The position numbers and the translations under genes are program-made. From Amoebidium appalachense (lineage: Eukaryota > Protista > Ichthyosporea), in the NCBI GenBank assembly GCA_963693365.1, contig CAVNZM010000007.1, forward strand, positions 496,001 to 560,000: a stretch of DNA of 64,000 bases. The letters are read 5' to 3'. Each line of letters opens with the position of its first letter. Position 1 is the stretch's first letter. A model generated the notes under the pieces. The model was not told the origin of the DNA and did no database searches. It saw only the letters and a program-made list of their open reading frames with translations. Positions 23,605 through 62,858 of this stretch are shown here, piece after piece.

Positions 23605-24603
23605 TTATTTTCTACCTCGGCCCCTGCCCTTTCCCCTGCTGCCACCGGAAGCGCCGCAACGGCCCTTCACTGGCTCTCCTGTGACAGATTTGGTCACCTC
23701 CGTTTTGGACTTTTTCTGCGTGTGTGCATCCTCCGAGTCGTCCCTTACTTCCCCATTCCGTTTGCCGTCACCAGCTTCCTTAGTTGGATCTGACGGGGAT
23801 GTAACGGGGATATGCACAGGCGGGGCGGCCATGGCATCCAACATGTCATGCGCAGCTGATGCATTCTCCTCTCCGGTCTCTTGTGTGTCTGGGGGGGCCT
23901 GGCCAACAGGGACATCCCGTGTTCCCTCCACCAACACAACACACGACTCCACCTTGGGCAACCCAGCAATAACAGCGCGAGCGGCCCTGTTGAAGAACTC
24001 CTTGGTGGTTTGGTCTGGAAAGCAAAACAAAGTTAGTGTCATGGGTGAAGCACATATGAAAAATGTTATCCACAATAAAAACCTAAATGTGGTTTAGTTT
24101 TTCTTATTACGTGCCCCGGAAATGTCAAGTAACTTGAATACATGGAAATTACACCCAGTTTCCAAGCTCATGGTAGGGGTCACGTACCCTGTTGCCAGCC
24201 AAAGAACACTGCGGAACGTCCATTCTGACGCGGTAGCACGACATGGTCCCCTGAGTGTGTCGAGAGCAGAGACAAAATAGACGTCAAAGTCCTTACAGCT
24301 CCATTTTCGTGGGACTTGGCCTTTATGGTTGTGGTGATTGGTGAACCACACTCGTGCACAGCCAAGGCAAGTGCATGCGAAACCATCGCAAACAACAAAA
24401 CACCGTGTTCCTCGTCGCCAGTGGGGCCTTTTGCCCACCACGTCCATGGGAAGCTAATCACACCACGCCGGTCTTGGAAATGCTCCGTCACCTGATACAA
24501 ACATGGCATAGCGGTTAGCATAAGATGTGCCATAAAGGGAAAAAAAAAACGTACGCACCGGGAGGGGGGGGGGGGGGGGGGGGGGGGGAGACCGAGGAGG
24601 AGT
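23605..24603 (-). CDS. Spliced hypothetical protein, 3' part (exons 24603-24559, 24491-24188, 24014-23605)
   Basis: Donors GTGCGT and GTACGT, acceptors with CTAAC branch points and CAG, and consistent phases (0 and 1). Basic G/R/K-rich C-terminus. 5' exons not resolved. Confidence 0.6.
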
Positions 24604-26169
24604 CTGAACGTAGTCGTAGGAATTTAATTTATTATCATAGGTGTCTCCGTAGGTATCAAGCTTATGGTGTAGATTAATTTATTATTTTCTTTGTAATTTA
24701 TTCAATTTAATTTTTTTTGGGAGACTGATTAGTCTATGTCTTTTTAGGGGGTGTTAGATGTAATGTGACTGAGGTGGGACTCAGCTTTTCCGGGGGGCCG
24801 GGGGGGGGGGGGGGGGGAGTTGACATATACTAATCCGTCTCAGCAGATCAGCCTAAGTCTAGTCAACATCGGGGGGGGGGGGGGGGGGGGGGGGGTCCAC
24901 AGATCATCAAGATCAAGTCCGGGGCCTCAAGATAGCTGTACAGCTGCGAGCATCTTGCCTCTGCCGGCGCAGGGCAGGACCACGTCAGCTGGAGCAGCCG
25001 ACCAATAGGATTAGAATCAGTGTGTAGGATAGATCGTAGGAGGACTTTGGAATGTGATAAGTTCGGGCAGAAGCCCTTGTAAATATTGGCAAGTTTTGAT
25101 AGCGTATGCTGCCGCCAAACATATTTATATATTTCGATGTATAGGAAGGAGTAGAGGAAGGGGGGGGAAGGGGGGGGAGATAGTATGAAATGTAGATTTA
25201 GACTCTGCGGTGCCACTAGGGGAAGGGAGAGGGGTGAGACTCAGATATTTATATTAGTGGGAGCCGATCGACTTAGCTCGTGCAGGCGCACGATAGAGTT
25301 AGATCGGAATGTATGGAATGTGGCATCGTAGGGGGCCAGGTGATGATGATCTTGTAGGGCACGGCCTTGATGGCCTCAGTTGTGACTTAGCTGGATTCCG
25401 TTCGGATCTCAGTTTGCCCGTCGGAGCCTGGTCTATAATAAACTTTACCGTTTTTCGTATACGTTCGTTCCTTCCCGTGTGGGTACACTTAGTAGAGTGC
25501 CGCGTCTCTTAGTACACGCACGTTAGGATACGACAAGTGCGTGTAGCCTGTGGGGGACTCGGGAGTGTTGTGATTGGCTGAATGTCACTGTGGTATTTGT
25601 TCGGCCAGTGGGCCGCGTGTCTACGTCCGAGTCTGTGAAGTGTCTCGCTGGGTCGCGGGCATTCGAAGTTCTTCTGAGAACACGTTTTGCTCGCTTCCCA
25701 CCCAACTCAAAGAAAAGTTTATACGTATACACAGTTTCAAGCCCCTTTTAAGCGTGCAGTTAGTTAGAGTAGTTCGTATACACGCTAGGTCGTGATACGA
25801 CAACATGCACCCCCCCCCCCCCCCCCCCCTCAAGTAGTAAACACGTACAAAAATGGCCAATGCAGCAACACGGTTATGCAAACAGAAGCGGAAAAAACTC
25901 TTTGCGCAGCACTCCAACCATATATACACAACAGCCACACTCATACCCAATCAGCCCAAACGATGACGAGGTAATCGCCGCGGACGGACTGCTCAATTTG
26001 GCGGCCAAGGGCGAATTGCACTAATGTAACCTGAAGACTGCACCTGAGCCACACTGTGGCTCCACTGTGTTGGCCATGTCTGCGGGGGAGCGCGCTGGTT
26101 GAACAGGCACGAAACGGAAACCCTTAAACCGATAAGAACCCCCTGGCAGTGAGCCCAAGCGCAAGAAGC

Positions 26170-28099
26170 AACATTCCAAGATACGAAAAATGTTCTTTGC
26201 CGAGATGTGCCGCATCTTGTTTATGGACACAACCAATATGGAGCTCTCGGTCGCGTGCAAGACGGTCGGGGAAATTCATAATGTCGCCCCATCAATGTTG
26301 AGAGCGTGGTTCATCCAGGCCAGGGGGAATCATGGCGTGGTCCCCAATCGCAAACCATAAAACCGCAGGCGATCGACTGAATGGCACCTAATACTCAGGC
26401 TGGTTGAAGAGGCGATCGATACAGTAATCCGTCGCGGTGCCAATCACATCACAGTCAGAATGGTTCAACGGCAGTTGGAAAGTAACGACAACACCCCAAT
26501 CGACATAACCGAAAATTCCCAACCGGAGATCTCGGAGGAGAGTGCCGCCGCGTCAATACTTTTCTTGGAGAAGTTCCCAGAACCCCACGTGTCTGCAGAG
26601 ATCGATCCGTTCACGTGCGAACCGCAGATGCGTGAGAGGGTCTCGAAAATTCTCGGTCGCGAATTTATCGATTTAACCAACCAACCAGAGCCGCCGAAAG
26701 AACATACTCGGAAAGTGATGGAGAGACCGTCTCGCCTGAGCGGAGCACCCCCACATGAGAACAGGCGCGACTTTGTGTGGCCGGGGCGTCGATCCCGATC
26801 CCGATCCCAATCGTAGCCGATCTTCTCCCGATTACAGTCACGATCGCAGCCTATTACCTACCGAAACTGACAATCCAGGAAGGATCGTTTCGGCTACGCC
26901 GATTCGGGCCGCCGATCCGTTTCGCTATCCGTTCAAAGCGCGCACGACGAATAAGGCATTTCATCGGCTGAAAATGAAATATGGGGTTTTACCCAGCGAG
27001 TTGCCGGATATCCATTCAATCGAGCAAATCAAACAGCAGCAGCTATCGTTCACTTTGGACTACGCCAAGTACAAGGAATCGGGCAGGAAAATCGTATTTC
27101 TCGACGAAACGGCGGTCAACCAAAATCACCGGCCATCACGTGGCTGGTATAATGTCAAGAAAGTGGGGTTACGGTCAAGGAGCTACCGCGCGGAACAAAA
27201 CGCAAGGATGGAAAAGGGCCAAGATTGGTGGTGGTCAGTGCGGGTGGGGCCGACGGCTGGGTTCAAACCGAGGCTTACGGCGATACCGCATTTGTTTTCC
27301 AAAGCAAGAAACGCAAACAAAATCAACCTGCCGATCACCACTTCGAAATGAACGCCGACCATTTTGAGGAGTGGTTTCTGGAACTTTGCACTTCGTTTCC
27401 GGAAGGGACCGTAATCGTGATGGATAACACACCGTATCACGGCCACGCATGAAGAACAGAACCCCCACAAAATCGAGCACCCGGAAATATATGGAGGAAT
27501 GGATCAAGGAAAATGGGATCAAGCCGATGGACCCGACTACTGGCATGGAGAAGGATTACAACCCAAAGGATTATAGAACGGTCGAGATTCTTTGGAATGA
27601 ACTCGTGAGTAAGGAGCGTGATTCATATGTGGCCAATGCACGGAGGGAGACCGACAGGATTGCTGAGGCATATGGCCATACAATTCTGTGGTTGCCAGTG
27701 GGGGGGTGTCGGTTCAACCCAATCGAAATGGCGTGGTCTCAGGTGAAGGGGTATGTAGCCGCGAATAATAGCAAGTTCACCCTAGAAGAGGTTGAAAAAT
27801 TGGTGAATGTGGGGTTGAGGTTGGTAAATGTAGATGATTGGAAAGCTCTCGTGCATATGGCTCAGGCTGAGCGTCAGATTGCTGCATTTATTCATGATAA
27901 TCAGGAAACTCTCGCGCTGCATAATCTTAGAGAAAGATTTAGGCGTCATGATGCCATTGATCAGCAGTTTGCAGAGCTCGAGCAGGACATTCATCCTGTT
28001 GAAGGTGTAAATGTGTATCTCAGGAAAGCCCCCCCTATCATGGGTCGAGTGGACACTGTCAGTATGGGTATGTGCTTGTCTGGGAGAATGCACTTGTGA
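26170..28099 (+). pseudogene. IS630-Tc1-mariner DDE transposase, frameshifted (Sailor-like long DDxE spacing)
   Basis: IVFLDETAVN, VIVMDNTPYH and GHTILWLP..CRFNPIEMAWSQVKGYV are spread over three frames. An HTH-like segment lies upstream (~26240-26310). TIRs not found. Confidence 0.85.
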
Positions 28100-28730
28100 T
28101 TGGGCGAGGTGTGAGCGGGTAGTGATAGAGCTGGATGAGAGTGATTGTGAGTGAATGAGAGTCCGATTCTGAGACTCTGATTGTCAATGAAGTAATACGA
28201 ATGTAATTTTGAATGTTTTTTGAATGAACTTTTGCTAATGAATGAATTATAATATATTATTGAAATAAATAGAGATATTTAGAGACATTTTCATAAAACG
28301 TTTAACCCGATAAAGCATTCCATACATTCCACATTCCGATCCGTGCATGACCTCAGGGAGAGGTAAGACAAAAGCTGCAAATGCTACACCATTGTGATAG
28401 TAAAATAAACTCATACAGGCGCTACGAATCTTTCATACACAAAGTATATATATTTTTATCTATGGTGGTAATTATGTGCATTCACTTTGCAGCCATTCTA
28501 AAGAAAACACTCTTTGCGTGTGCATGCATGCCCTTTGAAATCTTTATGGAATTTACTTCGCTACTGGTAAGACGTACAAGGCTTGGCAACTGAGCCCATT
28601 AATTCCGGCCAATCATATCATTGCGCTCTTACGTAAGCGTTGCGCAAAGACCTGCCTTACTCTGATTGGTGCGAGAATTCAATGCAAAGGTTTTAAACCA
28701 ACGAAACATTAATACATATAACAGGACATT

Positions 28731-31885
<3,155 letters not shown>

Positions 31886-32870
31886 CTGTGTGTGTCTAAA
31901 CAGGTATGAAGAAGAACAACGCATTGAAAACAGCGACATTTTCGTGATGACTTGTACCAAGGACTTGTACCAAGGACAAGAGGATCAGTCAAAACAGTGA
32001 GTCAAAAAAGTGAGATGAGTGAATGAACTGAACTGAAGACAAAGAAACTGACCCAAATCACCGTGACCCAGTGCATCATCATAGATGTGCTCATGCATAT
32101 GCATATGAGGTGGCCATCTGAAAGGTTTGCGACATCATTCAGCAATGTGTGCGCCCACGGCCCTCTGAACACACGGCCTTGGTCCTGAACGTCACTCGTG
32201 AGCCACTTTCAAGATTCAACTGATTGTAGATGCTGCGTCGTGAAGGGCGGCGACTCGGATCGATGTACATAAGGGTCACTCACTTGAAAGATTTTACTTT
32301 ACCATTACACTCACCCGTGACGCATGCTTGTTTTAGAATATACAATAATAATAAAAAAGGCGCAGACACAATAGTAGTGAAGAATTTTACATACGACCGC
32401 ATATGAGGAACGCTGAGAGGGAAGACAGCCAGCTTGACTCTGAACGTGTTTGCGAGCTTCTCTTTATTATTTTTGTAGTTGGACCCGTCGACGTCTCTGT
32501 GTGAAGAACGAAAGAACGACTAACATATGCTGTCACGAAGGCAAACACGCTTCTAAAGCGGCCTTTGAAAATATTGTGCCAAACAATGTGAACGCTGATT
32601 ACCTTTATGAATGAATGCTGTCTGCGAAACTTCAGGGCGGAACCCATCCCCCTTCATGTGGCCCAGCTGATGACCGTCTTAAGTTATTGCGCCAGCCCAA
32701 AACAACTGCAACGCTGAAGCACAGAAGTGTATACACTGGGCCGTCTGTGCCAGCCATAGCGGAGGGGGAGGGAGGGGGTGGGGGGGAGGGGGGGAGGGGG
32801 GGGGGGGGGGGGGAGCTAGCGAGAGAGAGGTGGCGGGGGGGTAGGGGGGAAGGCGAGAGCGAGAGCAAGA

Positions 32871-32978
<108 letters not shown>

Positions 32979-35285
32979 GGGGGGGGGAGGGAGAGACAGA
33001 GACCGTTGGCGAGAGTGTGGGTGTATGAGGAAAAGGGAAGGAGGGAGGAAGGCCGAGGGAGGGAGGGAGTGGGGAAGGCTGAGGGAGGAAAGGAGGCAGG
33101 GGAGGGGGCTTCGAGTTGAGCTTTTCTTCGGGCCATGGGGGTTGCTTGCGTCAACAGACACAGGGCCTGGGGGCCCCCGAAAAGGCATAGGAGGAGCGAG
33201 ATAGAGAGACAGAAAGCGGAGGGAGAGAGAAGAGAGAAGGGAACAGAGGTTTGGGAGGAAGGGGGGGGGGCGGGAGGAAGAGACGGAAGGAGGGAGGGAG
33301 AGTGTGTGAGAGAGAGCCTGAGTGAGAGAGAAAGGGAGAGAGAGAGAGAGAGAGAGAGACATAGAGAGATGGTCCGGCGGAGGAATGGGGGGACAGAGCG
33401 AGAGTATAGGCCGAGGGAGGGAGGCAGGGGAAGCTTTAGAGAAGAGCGAGGAGGGGGTTTGAGGACTAGTATATGTATTTCTTTCCAGGAGGGTTTCTGC
33501 ATTGACAGACACAGAGCCTGGAGGAAGAAAGAAAGAAAAGGGGAACAGGAGGGAGGTATATATTCCATGAACGGCCATCCGATAGGCTATAAGATATTGA
33601 GAGGCGGGGGACAGGAGGGGCGCGCGGAGGGGGGGGGGGGGGGGGGGGGGGGGGTGGGAAGCGAGAGAGGAAAGACAGGGACGGACGTAGGAAAGAGGGG
33701 AGAGGGAGGAGGGAGCAGGGGAGAGCGTGAGAGTTTTTGTATGTGTGAGTATGACACGGGACGAGAGCAGTGAGTTAGAAAAGCAGAGTAAGTATAGGGG
33801 CAACTGAGGAAGAGATGCTGTAACAGTGGGGGGAGGAGGCGGAGGGGAGAGGAGGGGGAAAGGTGGCCCCGGGGGGCGGGGGGGGGGCGGGTTGCCTCTC
33901 AGAATTTGAATGAAGAAGCCTAGCACAACTTTGACGTCTAATGCAGCGAATGCTAACACGTACTGACGTGTTGCCGCACGTGCGACGTTTTTACATCTTA
34001 AAAAAAAAAAAAAAAAAAAAGGAGACACCGCCTCAGTAGGTGGTAGCAGCGAATGCTAAGCGAGATTGCAGCCTGCATGGGTGCTGCGAAAATCGAGAAA
34101 CCACGGTGTGATAGCATACACGCCAGCTAGAAGAAAAAACCAAACAACATGTGCGCATGAGAGGGAAGAGAAGGAAAAGGCTGGCATTAAAGACACAAGC
34201 AATAGAACTCGAAACCTACCAACAAACACGATCAGCTTTGACCCACTCTTATTTCTCGCTGATATTGCAGCAACTCAGGATGCTCGTCGACCTGGCTAGC
34301 TACTGTAGGGGCAGACCTCGTCTACATGCATGTGAGGTAGAAGAGGAGGATCTGGCGCTGGCACAGTGAGCGGCCAATAGTAGAAATTGTCATAGAATAT
34401 GTATAAAAGTTTGTATAAAATATGTATGTATGTTTTTACTGCACGAATGTTTTTGTTATTTTTTAGTTTTTCGGTTAGTGTGCGCCACGGTTTTGCCTTG
34501 CAGTTGTTTCTTACTATGTTTCGAAAGGGAAACGCTACTATGCATGACTCCAATGAGTTGAATCTAAAATCGATGACGTTACACTAATCTCCTGCGCCAA
34601 GGCCGTGTGTTCAGAGGGCCGTGCTCCTGCGCCGTTCTGCGCGGGAGAGCTGCTCCGGAGTCCTTGGTTCCTTGCAGGCCAAGCCAAACTTTCTGAGACA
34701 AAGGCTGTGTCCTCCCGTTGCCTTACTGTAACCATGTATGTACTCGGACGATTTTTCAAGAACAGGAGAGGTACGTAAGCAGTCGCGTCAGCATTGGGAG
34801 TCATGAAAAATGAGAGCTACACTGTACCTCAAAAGGTAGCAAGAACAAGGCTTTACAAATTGCCACGATGGGCATCATGATGGGCAGGAACAGGCTGAGT
34901 ATGTGTAACACAAAAGGGGAATACACCATGGGAAAGGCACTTCTTGTGCTATGTCCACGCTGCGGGGCCGAGGCACTCAGCCAGCTTTAATACTGATTCT
35001 ATTATTGGCTGGTCCGGTGGTTGCTTACAAGCTCCTCAAAATAGCAACCACACACACACACAGTTCACGACGATGAAATCACAAAGAGAACTGAGTGCGA
35101 GTGTTTATATGCACCGAATTCTCGGGGGTATGACTGGAACGATTATTGCGCTCAGGTGCTAGTAACTAAGATCCTTCATACATCAACGCCACATCTACTT
35201 TCGCGCATCACATGTGTACACACGCGCTTTACCATAGTGTTTCTATTTCATACCTAGTCTTTCAATATCTTCCATCTAAGCGTCT

Positions 35286-35906
35286 TTACACCGCAGCTAC
35301 AGGTAGGTTGTGGCCTAGCGGTGTCATCTCTCTTCTTGCTGAACTTAGGGTCGGTGAAGGCGTCTTCCATGGCTTCCATGTGTCCGCATGAAAGAACTTA
35401 GACTCTGGAACCCCACAATATCTCAGGGCCTTCGCCAAAGGGGTTGCGTTCAACACAACCAGAACGACGGGGGGACCACTCTTCAGTGTGAGCACGAATA
35501 GGACGTGCTCCGTCAATTGTTGCACCAGAACTTGCTCGATGCTTCCAGCAGAATACGTTTCCAGCCTCCTCAAGCCATCTCTGGTCAACAGCGAGAAGCA
35601 CTGCTTGTTGCCGAAGCTGACAAGCACCTCGTTCTTTGGTGTTGTGTCGCACCGCACTGATTTTCCACCTTTTTCCAACCCCCCTCTGTATGCCACACAA
35701 TAGACAGTGTTGTTCTGCAAGAACCCCACCGCCCCCTCTGTCGACACATCACCAAACATTTGCCCTTCCAAACGGCCGGGTGTGCGTTGGCTGCCGGGAC
35801 AGTCCGGTCGTCCTTGAAAAAAAGGTTTAAAGATGTGGTGGTTGGCATCTGCTTGTAAAAAGCTGCGTCCTGCGTGTTCCTTCTTCCTATTAAGAAATGA
35901 AAACAT
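35286..35906 (-). CDS. Hypothetical protein (206 aa, intronless)
   Basis: ATG-initiated, complex-sequence ORF with AT-rich flanks, divergent from the helicase gene. No motif recognised. Confidence 0.5.
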   Translation of the reverse strand: MFSFLNRKKEHAGRSFLQADANHHIFKPFFQGRPDCPGSQRTPGRLEGQMFGDVSTEGAVGFLQNNTVYCVAYRGGLEKGGKSVRCDTTPKNEVLVSFGNKQCFSLLTRDGLRRLETYSAGSIEQVLVQQLTEHVLFVLTLKSGPPVVLVVLNATPLAKALRYCGVPESKFFHADTWKPWKTPSPTLSSARREMTPLGHNLPVAAV

Positions 35907-36613
35907 TTTCGATCGTGGTGGTTTTTTTATATACAGGTTTTACAACATGATATTCAGTGAAAGGGACACTTTTGCAACACTGTGAGCTGTACAGTGTACA
36001 TCGCTACATGTGTTCTCGGTAAAAATCTGCACATTACGATGACGACTAAGGTGCTGCACAATTTATACTCGTCAGGAGACAAGAGTATCTATTACTATTG
36101 GATAACGCGAAAAGACAACTAATATTCGTGACATTATACAAAATATAGATGATAGGAAATATCTCACTATGACATGGTTTAAAGCTTTATTAATTCGGAA
36201 AATAGCGCTTTAAAACCTAAATCTATAAAACATACTTCAAACTAGAAATAGAACTAGAGCAAAAACAAGGAAGCCAATAGATTGTTATCGCTTCAGCTAT
36301 TGGTCAAAAGTTAACTGCCTTAACTAATCAGCGCCTTTTGAGAAACTGGGAGCAGATTCTTCGAGATCGCGCAAACAAATGTATACAGAAAAGTGTGACG
36401 GTAACAGACAGAGTCTCAAGGCTTGTTTTTGCTTGCCTGCTTTTGAGCTCAAGTGTTTGTGGAGCAGCTCTGAGGCTTAACTGCCAAGTTGTGTGCGCGA
36501 CTGCATGCACAATGAAAACGATTCCTCTTGTTTCCTACCCATACGCATAGGAGCATAGGCGGCCCAGTATACGCTGCTGGTACCTCTTGCACTTGACACT
36601 GTGTGCAGGCAGC

Positions 36614-58919
<22,306 letters not shown>

Positions 58920-59831
58920 TTGGTTGATTGTCAGAATTGAGATGTCCGTGTGGTTGCACAGCTAATACTATGCATGATTCTGTTGGAAATATTAAGTCTC
59001 CCCCCTCCCCCCTTCCCCCCCCCCCCCCCCCCCCCCCCCCACCACCACCACCACCACCACCACCCCCAACCCATCCCTCCCCTCCCCTCCCCCCTCTCTC
59101 GACTTGCCTTCCCACGTTCCCTTCCCCCAGCTAAGGCTGCCACCCTTTTTACTGAAAATCTTGTTTGTCTCCGGCTTATTGGAAAGGTTTTCTAGCTGGG
59201 TTGGGCAGGAGGGGTGCAGGAGACCCATCGTACATTATTGTGTATTGGAGGAGCATACGGCCAGTCAAGACTTTCCTTTTAGCTATTACAATTCCACCAA
59301 ATATGACTTGGGATGATGCAACCTTTCGTATAAATAAACTGGTCCCACTGGGCCAAACTATTTTTGGGTATCGCTGGAACAACTGATTCAGGCTGAGCAC
59401 TTGCATTGCTTGGTTACATATATGGTGATTTTGAAAGAATATCCGTTTTATCTGTTGTGTTGATGCATGTGTGTGTGTGTCTGTGTGTGCGTGCGTGCGT
59501 CTCCTTCCCCCCATGGTTCGATCCCAGTAGCACCATGCCCTTCGGTGGTGCCCCACACACCCAGCATCCTTACCTGTTTATCCCCCCCCCCCCCTCCCCC
59601 CTCCTCCCCCCCCCCTCCCCCCCTCCTCCCCCCCCTACCGGTCATCGAGTGCTCCCATCACCCCAAGGAGAGAAGCACTCAGAATATTATTAAACCATTC
59701 TCTCTCACAGAGACAACTACACCTATAAATTACCTTTTTTTGTCGTTTTCTTTTTGAGACTTTTCTTTTCTTTTTTCTTTTCGAAAAGTGGGGGTGGGGA
59801 AAGAGGTGTGTGTGTGTGTGTGTGTGTCTCT

Positions 59832-59864
<33 letters not shown>

Positions 59865-60520
59865 ATCACTAGCAAAACTAGCCAAGAGGACAAGGGTACC
59901 GTGGCTGCGTGCACATGCACACGCACACAGATGAGGTGGTATCGGGGAGTGTGTTGGTGCGGTGTGTAGGTGCTGACACGTGCATGCAGGGGGGGTGGGG
60001 GCCCGGCCCATATGGTGTGTTTGCACCTGGTCAGGGTGGACCCGACCCCAACAGTCACAACCGTCACGGTGCCTCCTGGCACCAGCCCGCCCAGCACTTC
60101 TGGCCAGGGAATACCTTCACACGTCAGGAGGTCCTTACCCCCCCCAGCCCTCAGGAAAAAAATGGAGGAAAAAAAAAAAAATAAAATAAAAAAAAAATAA
60201 AAGGACGTGCAAATCTCTCCAAACTTTAACAAAACCATGGAAGGACAGCAACAAAAAACGACCTTACACCCCACCTCTCACCCCCATCTCCCCGTTAACT
60301 TCACATGAACTTATCGATATTACGAGGATCCAGAAACAATGTCATTCACATATATGACAGAAGTATAGAGCTGATTCTTTGAGGAAGGGGCAATAGAGGC
60401 GGCGGGAGTGGTTGTCTCTCTGTATTTTCTGGATGGTAAACACACAGCAGGAGGATGTGAGGGCTGTTGTGCAACGTGCACCAGGCTATTGGTAACTAGT
60501 AACACCCTCCCCCCTCCCTT

Positions 60521-60557
<37 letters not shown>

Positions 60558-62778
60558 CCACCACCACCACCACCACCACCATCACCACCCCCAGCAGCAA
60601 ACACACAGAGACACACATGCGCACACACACACAGGTACACATGGGTACATTGGTTCTTTTTCTGACCCTTCCTGTCTACCCCCTGCAACTGATCTCCCAA
60701 AAATCAAGCCGCAAAATCCTCTCCCCTGACACTGGCAAGCACCATTCATATCACTCCACAATATCAAGCTACATAATCTTACCTTCTCCTGTGCAAAGCG
60801 CCTACCTATAACGTGAATGCTTCAATGTATTGTGGGGGTGTTTGGGGGGGGGGGGGGGGGGGGGGGGGGGGCTACTTCAAGTAGTTGGTTCTGCATGGTG
60901 CTCCACATCAGTCTGCAGATGGGGACTCTGTTTGTGGTAAGTGGTGGGCTTCCTCTGACTGTGACTTCTGGGCAGGGGCACGAGGATCAAGGCGGCCAAC
61001 ATCCAATCCTCAAGCCCCCTCCACCCATGAAATCCCCTACACAGGTACCACTCCCCCTCCCACAAAAAAGGGACACATACACGAACACAAGCCGAAAAAA
61101 ACAAAACATTAGTGTTCGGGTGCATTTTTCTTTCCGGATGTACGTGTGTGTGTGTGTTGGGGGGGGGGCAGGGGGGGTTTGCATGGAGAAGCATTACACA
61201 CACAGACCATGTGAGGCAGGAGGATATCAAAAGGCTCAGGCAAAGTATGTTTCCGCAGGCCCGACCCCAACTGGTACAACAACAAACCCCCCCCCCCCCT
61301 CCCCGCGCGGACCTCACCCGACCCCATAATAGCCCCTTTTTTGGGCCTAAGACTCGAGCCTCTGATGATGATGGGTCTAGTGACGTCTAACTGCACAGAT
61401 GTTCATAACTCTCTGTTGGCTGTTGTTGGGTTGTGGTTTTTTCTTTTTTTTGCGTCCATGTATGCCACCCTCCATTGCAACTCCCCCCCCCCCCCCCCCC
61501 CCCCCCCCAGCCACCGCTGTCGCCGCCGCCCCTTTCCACCCGCTGACCCCTTATACATGACACGTTTGTGTTCTACTTTTTCTTGCACATACATTCGCAC
61601 ACTCGTAGACTCGTACGCCCGCATGCACACACGCATGCAGATTTACATATTGAACGGCTAGATACCTACAAAATATTACTCCCGTGTGCAGTGCTCTTCG
61701 CAACACTGCACAGTGGGCTAGTGGCACTCACTCCTCTTACCCATGCCTAACATGCGTATGCATACACACACACAAACATTTTGCGCATAGCCGCTCACGA
61801 TATTATGTAGCTTGATGCAAGACTGCTAACACTCATGCTAAGATTTAACTCAACTAACAAAAATACACATGGACACACGCTTCTACACACACACCAACCA
61901 CTGTAAAACCACCAAGAAATATCTTTATTGCCCTCAGCGTACACACGAACGCAAATATTCCTGCTTCCGTTTTCCCCCCCCCCCTCTTTTTTTGTGCGCT
62001 TGCGCACCCGTTTTTTCCGTTTTATGTATGTATGACATCAGCCATGCGCACAGTATGCGTCATAAGCAGAGCCCATCCTCAGGGAGGACCAAGTCATCAA
62101 TTGCGTCTGAGTTTCGACCCCTTAGCCCGCGTATATACGACGCTCCAACTCAGACAGCAACATCAACTGAACTTGGGGGGGTCAACCCGTCTTGATCGAT
62201 ATCAAAGACGAGCAGGGTTGCTTATGCAAGCAAGGTGAGCAAAACGGTGAAGATGTGTGCGCAAACTAATGCAGTGCAGCGAAAAATGCGTATGTGCTTA
62301 CAGATGCACGACACAGAGCAACCATGCCCGGTTGCATGGGGGGGGGGGTCTAACCGAAGAACCCGGAAAAAGGACCTGGATAGATCCGTGGTCAAGATTT
62401 ATTGACACGGATAGACAGGCCGTAACATCACTACGATAACTCCACATAGAAACATACACATTCGTTCAATAACTCCAAAGCAGTATATTATTGATTATTA
62501 CTTAACATGAGATTCGTTACCAACTGAATAAAAACTTATGAAAGATCAATGCGTGAAGTACGTGCCATGTCAATTGTGTGAACATACCCGATTAAAGAAA
62601 CATCTGCTAGCTTCATGTCACCAAACTACATTTCAACACTGTTCGTGGTAATACGAGGCGAACTGTTCAAATTCGATAACTGTATCACTCATTACTGCAA
62701 GACCTTGCATGCAATATAGACTGAACGAATCACATTACGACTCCCTTAACAACACGTGTAAGTCCCATACAGGGACCA

Positions 62779-62858
<80 letters not shown>

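Noticed and set aside
25730-28593. cacagtttcaagcc / ggcttggcaactgag as TIRs of the transposase element
   Set aside because: The match is short and gapped, with no TA duplication on the right.
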